From: a virus
Length of the DNA stretch: 64,000 nucleotides
Virus record (IMG/VR): IMGVR_UViG_3300044941_000276
Span: 1-64,000 of that record
Reading direction: 5' to 3' (one strand)
The notes beneath the pieces were generated by a model. That model worked only from the letters and a program-made list of their open reading frames with translations, searched no databases and had not been told where the DNA came from. The stretch's first letter is position 1. Each line of letters opens with the position of its first letter. This document shows positions 10,344-22,000 of this stretch, in pieces. A program made the position numbers and the translations under genes.

Positions 10344-13300
10344 TTAACATTCTTGAGTTAATATCTCCATATTTATTAAACCTAAGAAAACAGCTTTTCT
10401 ATTTTTTTGCGATTCTAATATTCGTTCTAGTTCTATTTTTTTAGCTTCTTGTTTTTTATAATCTTCTGCTTTTTTGTTTAAAGATACCATCTTATTTCTA
10501 GCTGTTTTCTTTTCACTATTTGATAGAAGAGGTTCTATACTACTAGATATTTCAATTGTACTTTTTTCTAGTTCGTTGTTTGTGCTATCTTCTTTAATTC
10601 TACTTATAGTAACAACAGCTTTATCTTGATTTACTTTTACTTTTACTTCAGGTTTTTCTTTAGTTCGGTAATCGTCTTCTGGAAAATAAAAATCATCAAA
10701 ATCTTGATCGTAAGATCTATTGTATTCAAATGAACCAAATCCAAATCTTGTAGCGTAAGCTATAATTGTATTTTGTACGTCTACACTTTTCATTTCTTCA
10801 TTTAAAGCAGAACCATAATTGGCTTCATAAGTCCAATAATCAGTCATAATCTCAGGGATATATTCGAAATATTTTGTAAAACTACCTTTTTTAAGAGTAT
10901 CCCCAAACAATATAAGATTATAAAGACGCAAAGCTTCTTGAGTTTCCCTATCTAAATCTTTTATACCAGCTTTCATTGATAATTCTTCAATAACATCTCT
11001 TTGTGACATACCTGTAGGATTAGGATCAAAACTTACTTGAGCTACCCCAGATAAACTCATACCCACTCTATCTCTTTTTGTAGTATCAACTGTTACTTTA
11101 CTTAAAAATCCTGGCGCTACTCCTTTTTGTTTCAAGTCCATCAAATGTTCACTTACATCTTCTATAAAAGATTTTCTACCGTAAAAAACAACTTTGTTAT
11201 TCTTGTCTTTATCGTCGTCTAATACATCGAGTCTATATTTTTTTCCGTTAAATTCTATTTTTTTACCGTTCAAATATTTATCGATTATATATCGATTAAT
11301 CCCGTTATACAAAGCTACAAATTGCTCTTCTTTAATTCTGCCAGTAAATATTTTAGCTTCACGTAAAGCCTCGATTAATTTTATAGTCATATCTAATTTT
11401 TTACCTATAACTCTTTGTGCTTTTAATGAGTTAACTGCTATACTTAATTGAGCAATTGTATCGGGTTTATTATTTAACACACTTAAAATATTAACGCCTC
11501 GTTTTACTTTTTCGTATTCTTCTACAGCTTTGGATCTGTAATCACTATCTAAAATAAATTTCTCAAAGCTAAAAGGTTTATCGTCTACTAATAAACCTTC
11601 TTCGCTTATTTTACTCATAAATACATCAATGTTGTATATCCTTGTATATACCCCATATGATGTAGGCTTTAACCCTTGATTTATACCTAATATTTGACCT
11701 AATGTTGTTAATTCTTCTCCTATTAATAACATATTTTGATAAAAAGGTAGCAATGTTCTGTACATATCTACGCTTTTTTTCGCATCATCGTCAAGTTGTT
11801 CATATTTTAATCCAAGTCGATTAAGATATATCTCTTCTCCTTTTTCTAATTGATCACCCAAGCTTACATAATCACCCTTTTCTTTAAATATTGATCCAGA
11901 ATAATCGTCAATAGCTGCTTTGAATACATTATTTGTGAGTAATTCACTCATTTGTTCAATATTCATACCCATCATAATCATGGCGTTTGCGATACCTGTA
12001 GTAGTAAGATTTAGGTTAAGACTTGATAGATATAGATACTTAGCGTTATCAGTAGCAGCGTTAAGTAATTGACCTAGTTCGTCTGCAACTTGAGGTTGTA
12101 TATTTCTAATATCTTTTAATTTATTTTTAAACCCTTCTTTATCTTTTTTTATTTCTTTTACAATATCTTCATATTTTGGATTAGTGTTATACTGAAGAGC
12201 TTCAACTATTGTATCGATATCGTTAGCAGGTAAGTTAGGTAAAAATATACTCATAGTTATATCTTTGTTACTGAGTAAACTTTGAACTTTATTTCCTTCA
12301 ACAGTATCTTCTATCGATATAAGAACATATTCAATTAATTTACCAGCTTCTTTTACTTTACCTTCAGTTAACAATTGTCTTATAGTATTGATTGTTTGTA
12401 CAAACGAAGAAGTTATTGCGCTAAACGACTTGATCGATACAGCTTCTGGACCAATGTTTACTTTGCCATCAACGTTAGCATATCGAGCTTCCATTCTTGC
12501 TACGCTACTGTCTTCATTTAAAGATCTGGAAGTGCTTCTTTTTTTTGCGTTATCGGCAGCGGTTTTAACGTCGCCCATATCAACCCCCGATTCTCTTTGA
12601 ACATAGTTTTTATGATTCATAGCTGCTTCTTTTATTGCATCAAATAAACCATTAACTATAGCTTTTTTGTTAAATTCTTTACTATCTTTTGAAGATAATT
12701 CTTCAAGGGTAGGGGATTGGTAAACAATGCCCTCATTATCTACAAAATAAGTCATCAATGTAGTCTTATCCACGTCATAGTCACCACCAGTTAATATTTG
12801 ATGTTCGTGATTAATCATAGCTGTATTTTCAGCAGTATCAATAAATCCTACTATTTTATTACCCATAACCGAAGCTAAAGACTGAAGTGGAATACGTGTA
12901 GTAACTGTTTCTGTAGCCTTTTTAAACGAATTGTATAAATCAATAGCGTATTGTTCTTTGCTATAATACTCGCTATAATCCCCATTGTAATTTTCATCAA
13001 CTTGACTTTCTCCTATTTTCTTAGCTCTTCTTTTATATGCGGCATTTATTTTTTTACCTCTATCACTTTTATCATTTAAAAGGTTAATGTAATATTCTAC
13101 ACTTATATCATTATAATCAGTTTGATCTTCCAAGAAAAATCTACTTTTCCATATTTTAGGAGCTAATATTTCACCTGGGTAATTTATTATAAAATTATCT
13201 TTTGATAACTCATTTAAAGTGTCGTTTAGTTTATTTAGTAAAACAGCTCTCTCTTGAGAGGTTAAATCTTCATTTTGTAATCGGATAACTTCTTCCAATC

Positions 13301-15989
13301 TATATATATCGGTTACAACACCGGTTTCTTTGTTTATTATCTTACTTCTTGCAGGTCTAAGATCTCTTGGTTTATTTGTGTCTATATAAAAATTAACAAA
13401 ACTAGTGTCTTTTAATTTATTGCTTATATTATTAAGTTTATCTTCCATTTCTTCAAAGGTCAAAGAAGGATCGATCGTCTCTCTTTTTATTTCTCCACTC
13501 TTGTTTTCTTTATATTCTAAAACGTAAGTCGATTTTGTATCCATTAATAATAAAAGTTTTTTAATACTTACATCTTGAGAATACAATCTATTAAAATCTT
13601 CTTCGCTAATTTGCGATTTTATATAATCGGGTAAATCTTTATATTCAAGAGAAATAGGTTTAAGACTTTCTCCTTCGATAGATCCAAATCTTATACCTCC
13701 CTCTCCATTATCAAATACTTGAATAGGAGGAGCTAATATAAATTGACCGCCCGATACTTTTTGTCTTATGCCCTCGGAAGTAAGATAGCTATTTAAAGCA
13801 GCAGTAACAATAGTGATTAATTGAGGATTGTCATATGGTATATTAGTTTGTGATAATATGCTACTAGCAAGAGTGGATATATTGGTAGTAGCCAATGCGT
13901 TTAAAGTAAGATTTCTAATAAAATTTTTTATTCTATCAAGCTCTTCTGGAGTTATATTATCTCCTATGTTTAGTGATATATCATTAATAACAAGTTCTTT
14001 TAGATACCCATATGCTTTTTTTGCTTCTTCTTGTGTAGCAGAAGCAAGACCTAATGCGCCCAGTACCTGAGTAGGTAACGATGCTTCTTTATCATCGGTT
14101 TCTTTTGAAGCGTTTAATTGTATACCCTCGTGACCTCTATCTACGGTAAATGTTACAAAATCATTATTTTTTAAATCATCCAGAGTGTTCAAATTAGGTT
14201 GTGAAGATTTTAACGATTCCTTAAAATTAAAACCGTTAATAATATTTGGTCTCACATCTTTTTTATTCATGACACTGTGAGCTATGATATCGTTGAGTAT
14301 AGTACTACTATGCCCTTTTTCGCTCATGATAGTGTATCTTTTATTTATATTGTCATAAGTATACGCTCCACCTAAAGCATCGTATAATTGACTAAGGTTT
14401 TCTATTTTAATTTTAGACTCGGAAGTTTCTTTTATCGATCCGTCTTCATTTAAAGTTGCTTCATTTACAATAGCGTATATATAATCTTTAAATCCATCAT
14501 TTTGTTTTGTAAAAACAACTACTCTTTTTTTAATTTCATTTTTATTAGGATCGGGTTTTACATATACTGTTAAATTTTCACCGTGTTCGTTAAAATAAGA
14601 GGGGCCGAAATTATCTAAATTTATATCACTTATGTCACTATTTTTAAACATATTGTCTTGTATCAATCCAAAATCCAAATCGGTACCTTTTGTTTTCCTT
14701 ATCATTTCGTGAGTTATTGTAAAATCGTTGTGTTTTTTAAACGTCATAGTTTCAGTATGGGGATCGTGATATACACCTATAGTTTTCATACTACCATTTC
14801 CTGATGGTTGTCCCATAGTATTACCAAGACTATGTTTCATCTGGCTCATATGAAGCTCTGTTGAGTAAGAAGCACCATCATAAGCCCATTCTTTTTTTCT
14901 ACCTGTTACAGTTACTATTTCTACTTTTGGATTAATAACAGCTACAAATTTTCCATTCTTTGATATACCATAAGGATTGGTAGTATCGAAAGGTACAATA
15001 GTTGACATCAATGCTGCTTCACGTTTATTTTTTTCAATAAACATAGCTTCTTCATTAGCTCCTTTGTAAAAGTAAGTACTTCCCATCAAAGCTGTATTGT
15101 GCATTCTTGTGGCTAACATTCTTTCAAGAATATATTGTCGATATACATTATCACCGTAATCTTTTTTAATATATAAATTTGAAGAACCACTATCAGAGCT
15201 ACTTACTCTAAATGACTCAAAGTATTCATCGGTATCACCCTCTATATTATAAGCTTCTCTTATATCAGATGTTGTGCTAGTGGTATTTAATTTATTAACA
15301 AGATATGCGGCATGGGTTCCTAATGGAACCATTTGTTTAAGAACTTTTAGATCTTCTTCCATAGTGGTTATTACATTTTTTCTTATTTCTTCTTTAGATA
15401 AAGAAAAAGCGTCAAATAGTGAATTTTTTAAGACAATACCATTTTTTGTTTCTACATAATGATAATCTAATACGAAAGGTATATTGTTTTTATTAAATGC
15501 TTTTATTAGTTTTTTTCTAACCTTATTTATATTTTCATTATTATCGACATATAATTGATTTAACGCAGCGTTTATAGCATTTTTCTTATCTTGATAAGTA
15601 GCCGATGGGTCAAATAATATATTGATGCCCATAGATTGAAGGGCTTTTTGATAATCGTCTATTATTTTATCAAGATGTTTTTTATAATATGTTTCTTTTA
15701 AATTTACTATTTCATCAATAAGATAATTTATTCTATTATCGGTAAACTCTTCTATTTTATCAGGATAACTTCTTTCAAATACGTGAGTAAAAGTTCTTGA
15801 TTTATCCGATCCAACACTAGTAATAACTTTTAAATTCTTGCCCCCACTTTCACTTAACTCTGTAAGGTAATCGTATATTATTTCATGGGTCGCCATTTCT
15901 TTTACGTTATACTTTGATGATTTTTTAACTCTATCACCAAACTTGGCGCCATCTCTCATACGAGTCTCTTTAAGTTTTATACAGAACAT
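10344..15989 (-). CDS. crAss-type virion two-barrel RNA polymerase (1881 aa)
   Basis: Catalytic DxDxD in TRIPLQS...LTGGDYDVDK (nt ~12765-12790), upstream YDGASY/KTIG/FKKH motifs and AATDNAK, typical of Crassvirales virion RNAPs; position in the cargo block. Confidence 0.88.
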   Translation of the reverse strand: MFCIKLKETRMRDGAKFGDRVKKSSKYNVKEMATHEIIYDYLTELSESGGKNLKVITSVGSDKSRTFTHVFERSYPDKIEEFTDNRINYLIDEIVNLKETYYKKHLDKIIDDYQKALQSMGINILFDPSATYQDKKNAINAALNQLYVDNNENINKVRKKLIKAFNKNNIPFVLDYHYVETKNGIVLKNSLFDAFSLSKEEIRKNVITTMEEDLKVLKQMVPLGTHAAYLVNKLNTTSTTSDIREAYNIEGDTDEYFESFRVSSSDSGSSNLYIKKDYGDNVYRQYILERMLATRMHNTALMGSTYFYKGANEEAMFIEKNKREAALMSTIVPFDTTNPYGISKNGKFVAVINPKVEIVTVTGRKKEWAYDGASYSTELHMSQMKHSLGNTMGQPSGNGSMKTIGVYHDPHTETMTFKKHNDFTITHEMIRKTKGTDLDFGLIQDNMFKNSDISDINLDNFGPSYFNEHGENLTVYVKPDPNKNEIKKRVVVFTKQNDGFKDYIYAIVNEATLNEDGSIKETSESKIKIENLSQLYDALGGAYTYDNINKRYTIMSEKGHSSTILNDIIAHSVMNKKDVRPNIINGFNFKESLKSSQPNLNTLDDLKNNDFVTFTVDRGHEGIQLNASKETDDKEASLPTQVLGALGLASATQEEAKKAYGYLKELVINDISLNIGDNITPEELDRIKNFIRNLTLNALATTNISTLASSILSQTNIPYDNPQLITIVTAALNSYLTSEGIRQKVSGGQFILAPPIQVFDNGEGGIRFGSIEGESLKPISLEYKDLPDYIKSQISEEDFNRLYSQDVSIKKLLLLMDTKSTYVLEYKENKSGEIKRETIDPSLTFEEMEDKLNNISNKLKDTSFVNFYIDTNKPRDLRPARSKIINKETGVVTDIYRLEEVIRLQNEDLTSQERAVLLNKLNDTLNELSKDNFIINYPGEILAPKIWKSRFFLEDQTDYNDISVEYYINLLNDKSDRGKKINAAYKRRAKKIGESQVDENYNGDYSEYYSKEQYAIDLYNSFKKATETVTTRIPLQSLASVMGNKIVGFIDTAENTAMINHEHQILTGGDYDVDKTTLMTYFVDNEGIVYQSPTLEELSSKDSKEFNKKAIVNGLFDAIKEAAMNHKNYVQRESGVDMGDVKTAADNAKKRSTSRSLNEDSSVARMEARYANVDGKVNIGPEAVSIKSFSAITSSFVQTINTIRQLLTEGKVKEAGKLIEYVLISIEDTVEGNKVQSLLSNKDITMSIFLPNLPANDIDTIVEALQYNTNPKYEDIVKEIKKDKEGFKNKLKDIRNIQPQVADELGQLLNAATDNAKYLYLSSLNLNLTTTGIANAMIMMGMNIEQMSELLTNNVFKAAIDDYSGSIFKEKGDYVSLGDQLEKGEEIYLNRLGLKYEQLDDDAKKSVDMYRTLLPFYQNMLLIGEELTTLGQILGINQGLKPTSYGVYTRIYNIDVFMSKISEEGLLVDDKPFSFEKFILDSDYRSKAVEEYEKVKRGVNILSVLNNKPDTIAQLSIAVNSLKAQRVIGKKLDMTIKLIEALREAKIFTGRIKEEQFVALYNGINRYIIDKYLNGKKIEFNGKKYRLDVLDDDKDKNNKVVFYGRKSFIEDVSEHLMDLKQKGVAPGFLSKVTVDTTKRDRVGMSLSGVAQVSFDPNPTGMSQRDVIEELSMKAGIKDLDRETQEALRLYNLILFGDTLKKGSFTKYFEYIPEIMTDYWTYEANYGSALNEEMKSVDVQNTIIAYATRFGFGSFEYNRSYDQDFDDFYFPEDDYRTKEKPEVKVKVNQDKAVVTISRIKEDSTNNELEKSTIEISSSIEPLLSNSEKKTARNKMVSLNKKAEDYKKQEAKKIELERILESQKNRKAVFLGLINMEILTQEC

Positions 15990-16000
15990 ATATATAATAT

Positions 16001-19000
16001 TTATTTTGAACAGTTATTTAAATCATTCCACATAGTAGCAATGCGATTGTATATATTTGATAATATAACATTGGTGTTAGAAAATATACCACTACTATTG
16101 CCATCTACTGTAGAAAAAGTAGTTTTTGTTTTTAACGATTGTTCGCTTTCCATTTTAATAGAAGCTAATTCATTTAAAGCTTGAGATCTAATTTCTGGAT
16201 CATTTCCACCATTAATAATGTTGTTTACAAAATTTATAATCTTTTGTGGATTAATAAATAAATTATTTACTTCTTTTTCTTCGAGCACTTTAAATAATGA
16301 GTTCACTAATTTTAAAATTGCTTCATTTTCCGCTTTATCTGATTTCAATACAATAACATTTCTCTTGGTTATTTTATTATAAGCAATGTAATAATATTCT
16401 TCGATGTACTCTCGGATATCATTTATCATTGAACCTATATCTAAACTTTCAATTTTTTCTGTGTAACGAGAAACAATAGTATTTTTTATTCTATCGCTTT
16501 CTTTTGTGGCTTGACCGTTGATAACCATATCGGGTTTTACTTGTTTGAGTTTAAACATATTTATAAAAGCAGATCTTAGATCATACAGAGCTTTGATTTG
16601 ACCCGATGTTAAATTTTTATTGTTAATCATATTATTTATACTATATCGTTTACTAGACGATGTTGATGTAAACGCAGATGTAGAGATATTAATAGGATCG
16701 GTGGAATTTTCAACACCAAGTATCATGTTAAGTGTAGCTAGAGTGTTTAAAGCTCTATAACTAAATTTGTTAGGATTTGCTTTTGCAGTTTCCATACCTT
16801 TAACTAATACATCATTGATATCTTCGCTATCATATTTTATATTAAGAGCGTTTAATGTATCGATTACCTCTTCCCATCCATATAATAATTCACCTTTATT
16901 TACAAAAACATTGCTTACTGTTTGTACATTATCAAAATCAATTACAACATTTCCTTTATCATCTTTTGTTACTGTAGGCGATACCTTTTCGTAACGATTT
17001 AAGAAAGCTGTTAAGAATTGACTTCCTCCTTCTAATCCGTCCACTTCCCCTGATTCTTGCATATAACTATGCTCTTTTACTATATTTGTCATAGAGTAAA
17101 CAATCTTTTGATTTTTATCGGTTGTTACTTTTATTACTCTATTTAAATCAGCAAAAACATTTCCTTTTATAAGATGATGTCCTACATTGTAGGCTAAGAA
17201 TACAGCTATTTGTTTCTTAGCGTTGTGATTAATTTTTCCAGGGTCAATGTCTAGTAATAACTTTAACATTAAAACAACATCGTTATTTAAGTCACCTGTA
17301 CTCTTAAAACCCATCTCGGTAAATAATTGTAACGTGTCTTTGTTAACCTGTTCTCTTGTAGCTTTTATTTTATTATTTAATTGTTTTACTTTATCGTGAG
17401 TAAGTCCCATCTCTCCCGTTCTTGGATTATATAAAAATATATCTCCAAACATTCCATTTAACATCTCATCGTATACAAGAACTTCAATATCAGTATTATT
17501 ACCAAATATCATTTTTCTTAAATCTGCTGGTGGTATTTTTGATGTTTCTATACCAACATCATCTCCAAAACTATTAACCCATAAACCCAATTGATTTTCT
17601 AAAGCTTCATTTATTTCTTGACCAGTGTTAGTAAACACATAAGTATTAGGCACTGGTGTGTTTTTATCAGTAGGATAAGTAACGTTAAGTATATACGGTT
17701 TAGCGGGCGGGGTAATCTCATCAATCTCTGTATCTAATTCAATCGTAGGAATACTTTTAACATCAGTGCTGATTACAGCATCGGTGCTAGTAGGTCTACT
17801 AGAACTTTCTGGTGTAACAACTGTACTACTTGTTATTGAAGAACTTGAAGTACCAGGTGTACTAGTAGTAGTATCAGGAGTAGGAGTTGTTGATGTAGAT
17901 TTAGAAGGAGTAGGAGCGATCCCAATAAACTTACTTATCTTACTTTTTGGTATAGCTATAGTAGGGAATATTTCTTTATTGTTTTCATAATCAAGATCAG
18001 CATCTGGAGAAGCAGCGGCTGAATAATTATCTTTATCTAACTTGTTCCATATAATACCTGTTCTATAATTAATACTACCGATAGTGACACCTAACATAGA
18101 TAAAGCGTTTTCTATTTCTTTTATAGAAGATGCTTCATCACTAGCATTATTAAGATTATCTGTGTTAATTGCATCTATTAATTGATAAAGTAAAAAAGAA
18201 CTATTTACTCTACCTCGATCGTTATTAAATTTATAAGTCCCCAGTGAAGTTATTAAAGTACTATCTTGTGTATAATCCAAATTTTTACCCATATCCATTG
18301 CTATTCTTGTACTTCTATCATCACTATTTTGCAATATTATAGGTACATCGGTATTATTTATTTTTCTAGATTTGATATATGGTACTTTTTTACCATCTTT
18401 TTTATCACCTTCTACAGGATAATGTTCGGTAATGTAGTATTTTCCTGATGGGTCTTTATCTACACTAAATCCAAAAAGAGCTTCTGTTATAGATATAGAA
18501 TCACCAACCTTATATTTTTCTACTACTTTACCAGAACTGTCTTTTGTATATACAGGTTCTCCTAAAGTTATTCTAGTACTTGCATCTTTACTTATTAATT
18601 TTGCTAATAAAGGATCGGTATAATTTCCAGCTTCCAATTGTTTTACTACATGTTCATATATAGATAATCCTATCCTTCTAAGATCTGAAATATCCATAGC
18701 TGCTTCAAAAAAAGCGTCTATTTCAACATTAGGATCTTTTTTTATAATTTGTTTAATCAAATCATATTTTTGTTTTACTCTGTATAGATATCTAGATAGA
18801 GAGTCTTTTTTAGCTTTTCTAAAAATGATACTCATTCTTTTATTAGCGTACTCATTTTTAAATTTGTCTATTCTAGACAAAATATTACTTAACATGTATT
18901 GTTTTAAAATATTTTTTGTTGAGGTTGCGTCTTCAGGGGATGAGTTTTTAAATTCAATGTCTGTAGTAACAAATGAAATAGCTCTACCTAATAATTTTCT

Positions 19001-22000
19001 ATATCTATTAAATTCTGAGCGTATGATATTTTTAATGTTTTCATCAGGTATATCATCGATTGTATATATAGGAATATAACCAAATGCTTTTTTTAATTCA
19101 CTTAATAAAAGTGTTTCTATAGTATTACCATCTTCATCAAGAACAGTATTTATAGGATCAACAGTTAATATGAATGTAGGTGTAATATATACACCTTGTT
19201 CTTCATGAATTTTTAAATAATCTTCTTGATTTAAAGGTGACGATAAACGATTTCTTTTAAAAGGCATAACTGTAGGCTCAACACCTTCACCATTTGTAAA
19301 TAACAATCCTATTTCGTTTATTTCTTCTTTTGTAAGAGGTGTGGGTTTTATAAGACTTTCTAATTTATTTTTTAAAGCTGTTTTTTCAGCATCTGTGAGC
19401 GAACTTATTCCATCAATCCCAGGGAATCTAAATAAAGTAGTATCGCCATATTTTATTTTGTAGAATAATTTATCTTCATAGTTTTCTTTAACTATTCTTA
19501 TAGAATTTCCTATGTTTTTACCATTTAATGTGACATCATATAAACTTGTACCGTTAATTAATTGATTAAATACATCAATAGCGTCTTTAAAAGATGGTTG
19601 TTTGCTTTCTCCAAAATAAAAGAAAACGTTTTGTTTAGCAAAATCATCTCCGTCATCGGAATAATCATCTTCATCTAATTTATCATCTATTCGTTTTAAT
19701 CCAGCATAAGTTCCTGCCGGAACTGATAAAGCTTCTTCTTCTGGGGACAGCTCTTCTTTTGATGTTGACGAAGTAGTAGATGAAGAAGTTCCTGATTTTT
19801 CAGGTGTAGGTACACCTGTTCCTATTGGTGATCCAGAAACTGGTACCGACCCTTTTATTGTTCCACTTGATGTTCTAGATGTAGCGGCCAGACTTATGTT
19901 TTTCATAGATTCGGCTTTTTCAGGAGTCATTACAAGCTGATCCACTACCTTTTCAACATCATTGAATTTTACCTCTATACCATAATAGTTATTATTTTTT
20001 GATACAGGTAACAACATAGCTCTCTTATAACGAGAAAGAAGTGTATTTAAAGTTTGAATCTTTTCAAAAGGATTCATACCCATACCTGTATCATCAGGTA
20101 ATTTTCTTATGATAACATAGTCAAATTCTCTGCCTTGTATCTCTTTAAAAGAAAGAACATTGGGATCGGTTGATTTACCAATTACATCATCAATAATTAC
20201 ATAAGAAGCTCCCTCGGCGTTTGCTTTTGCTATTATCTCATCTTCTAACTCTTTGCTATAAACAGTAACACCTTTTGTATCTTTTTTGCTATAATTAAAA
20301 AACAAAGGATTGTTTTTAGCATTAACTTCATAAACGTTATCGATTTCGCTTATATTAGCATCGTGAACCGTATTAGATAATCTCGCTAAAGTCATAGCAT
20401 TACTATCGTAATTTTCAGTTCTATTTCTAAAACTCATAGTAATGCGAGGAGATCTCTCTATTCCAGGTAAATAACTTAAAGTTGGAGTCTTAACAGGAGC
20501 GCTTGTGCCGTTTTCTAGATTTATTGTAGCCCCAAGTTGGTTAGTATCACCAAACATGAATACAAATTGATCCGAGTCGTGTAATAATTGTATATCTGAC
20601 TTTGTAAGATGAGTTGCTTCGTCTAAAATCAGATATTTATTTACAGGTTTATCTGTTTTTTTGAGATCATAGTCGGGTACAATAACGTCGCTTTTGCTTG
20701 TAAAAGCACTTTTTTCAACCATTCTTGGCGTAGATTTGTTATCTACTTGACCAGTTATTTTGACCAATGAAGGGTTTTTTATTTTCTTTTTGATTTTACT
20801 TTCAACACTACCTGGTTCACTAGTTGATTTAAAAACTCCATATAATACATTATCTACAATTTCTTGTTTTGGACTAGATATGGTATAATCGGCAGTTACA
20901 GATTCTAATAATCGAGCCAAATAATTTATTAATACTTCGGTTTTTCCTATACCTGGGTTGGAATTAATAAATATACCTCGATTAAATCCAGGTGTTTCTA
21001 TTTCTGGAATGGTATTGTCAACGGCAGTAACTTTACTTCCTCTTGACTTAACGCTCTTGATTTTTAATTTTTCGTGATATTGATAAGCGCTAAACGCTTG
21101 AAACAATACCATCTCTTGTTCAAAAGTAGGTACTTTTCCATTTGGATCTTTTGTTATTTCTTTTTTTATAGCGTGTATTTTTTCAAAGAATGCGTCAATA
21201 TCGCCTCTCATCATTGACACTAACATCATGTCGGCTAAATCTTCAGGATTATCCATTGATCTCTCAGACCCAACATCGATCATTGATTTTTTAGATGCTT
21301 TTAAAGCATTTTTTAATTTATCCGCTTCTTCACCACCCTTCTTATATATTTCGTGAAGTTTTTTATTTAGTTTAATTAATTCCTGATATGATTTAAAAGC
21401 AAGCTGTTCAAGATTAGATTTTGCAGCTATTGTTTTTTCATCGCTGTTTAATATTTCAATTAACTCGTCATCATAAGAATATCCCGATATACCTACTTTC
21501 GCTACTATATTTTTTACAACTTGTAGCGCTCCGTATATATAACGAGCTTCTATACTTTTAGTTTGAACTTTACCGTTTAATCTGGCTAATTTAAGTAAAT
21601 CGCTTGCTTGTTTTAATTGAGCCCTATACATGTTATCTATAACATTGGCTTCATCTTTGCTTATATCGGGCGTTTCGGTTTCTCGTTTTTTTCCAGAAAA
21701 ATAACTAGGTTCAAGAGATTTAAGTTTATTTATAATAGGTTTTATATAAGCAGGTATTTGAAGTATTGCTCTTTTTTGATTTATTTTATCAATCAGTTCT
21801 TCTAATTCATTTTCTATATCGTCTCCTTTAAAATCCGATTGCATTGTGTCAGCTTGCGATCTAAGCTTTTCAATAGTTGATTGAACTTCATTATCTACTA
21901 TTGATCTAGGAACAAACGACGAGTCAGGATTGTTACCTACTTTTTGAGCAATGGTGTTGTAAAGAGGTAGATTTTCTTTAACATCTAATAGATGTTCTTT

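Noticed and set aside
5225-10345. Actively invertible, shufflon-like segment
   Set aside because: No inverted repeats shared by the two ends and no invertase in the window; the tyrosine-active-site enzyme present has TopIB motifs.
15980-16015. Split intein or intron joining the helicase giant and RNAP
   Set aside because: No Hint-domain motifs or terminal HN, and only 11 nt between the genes.
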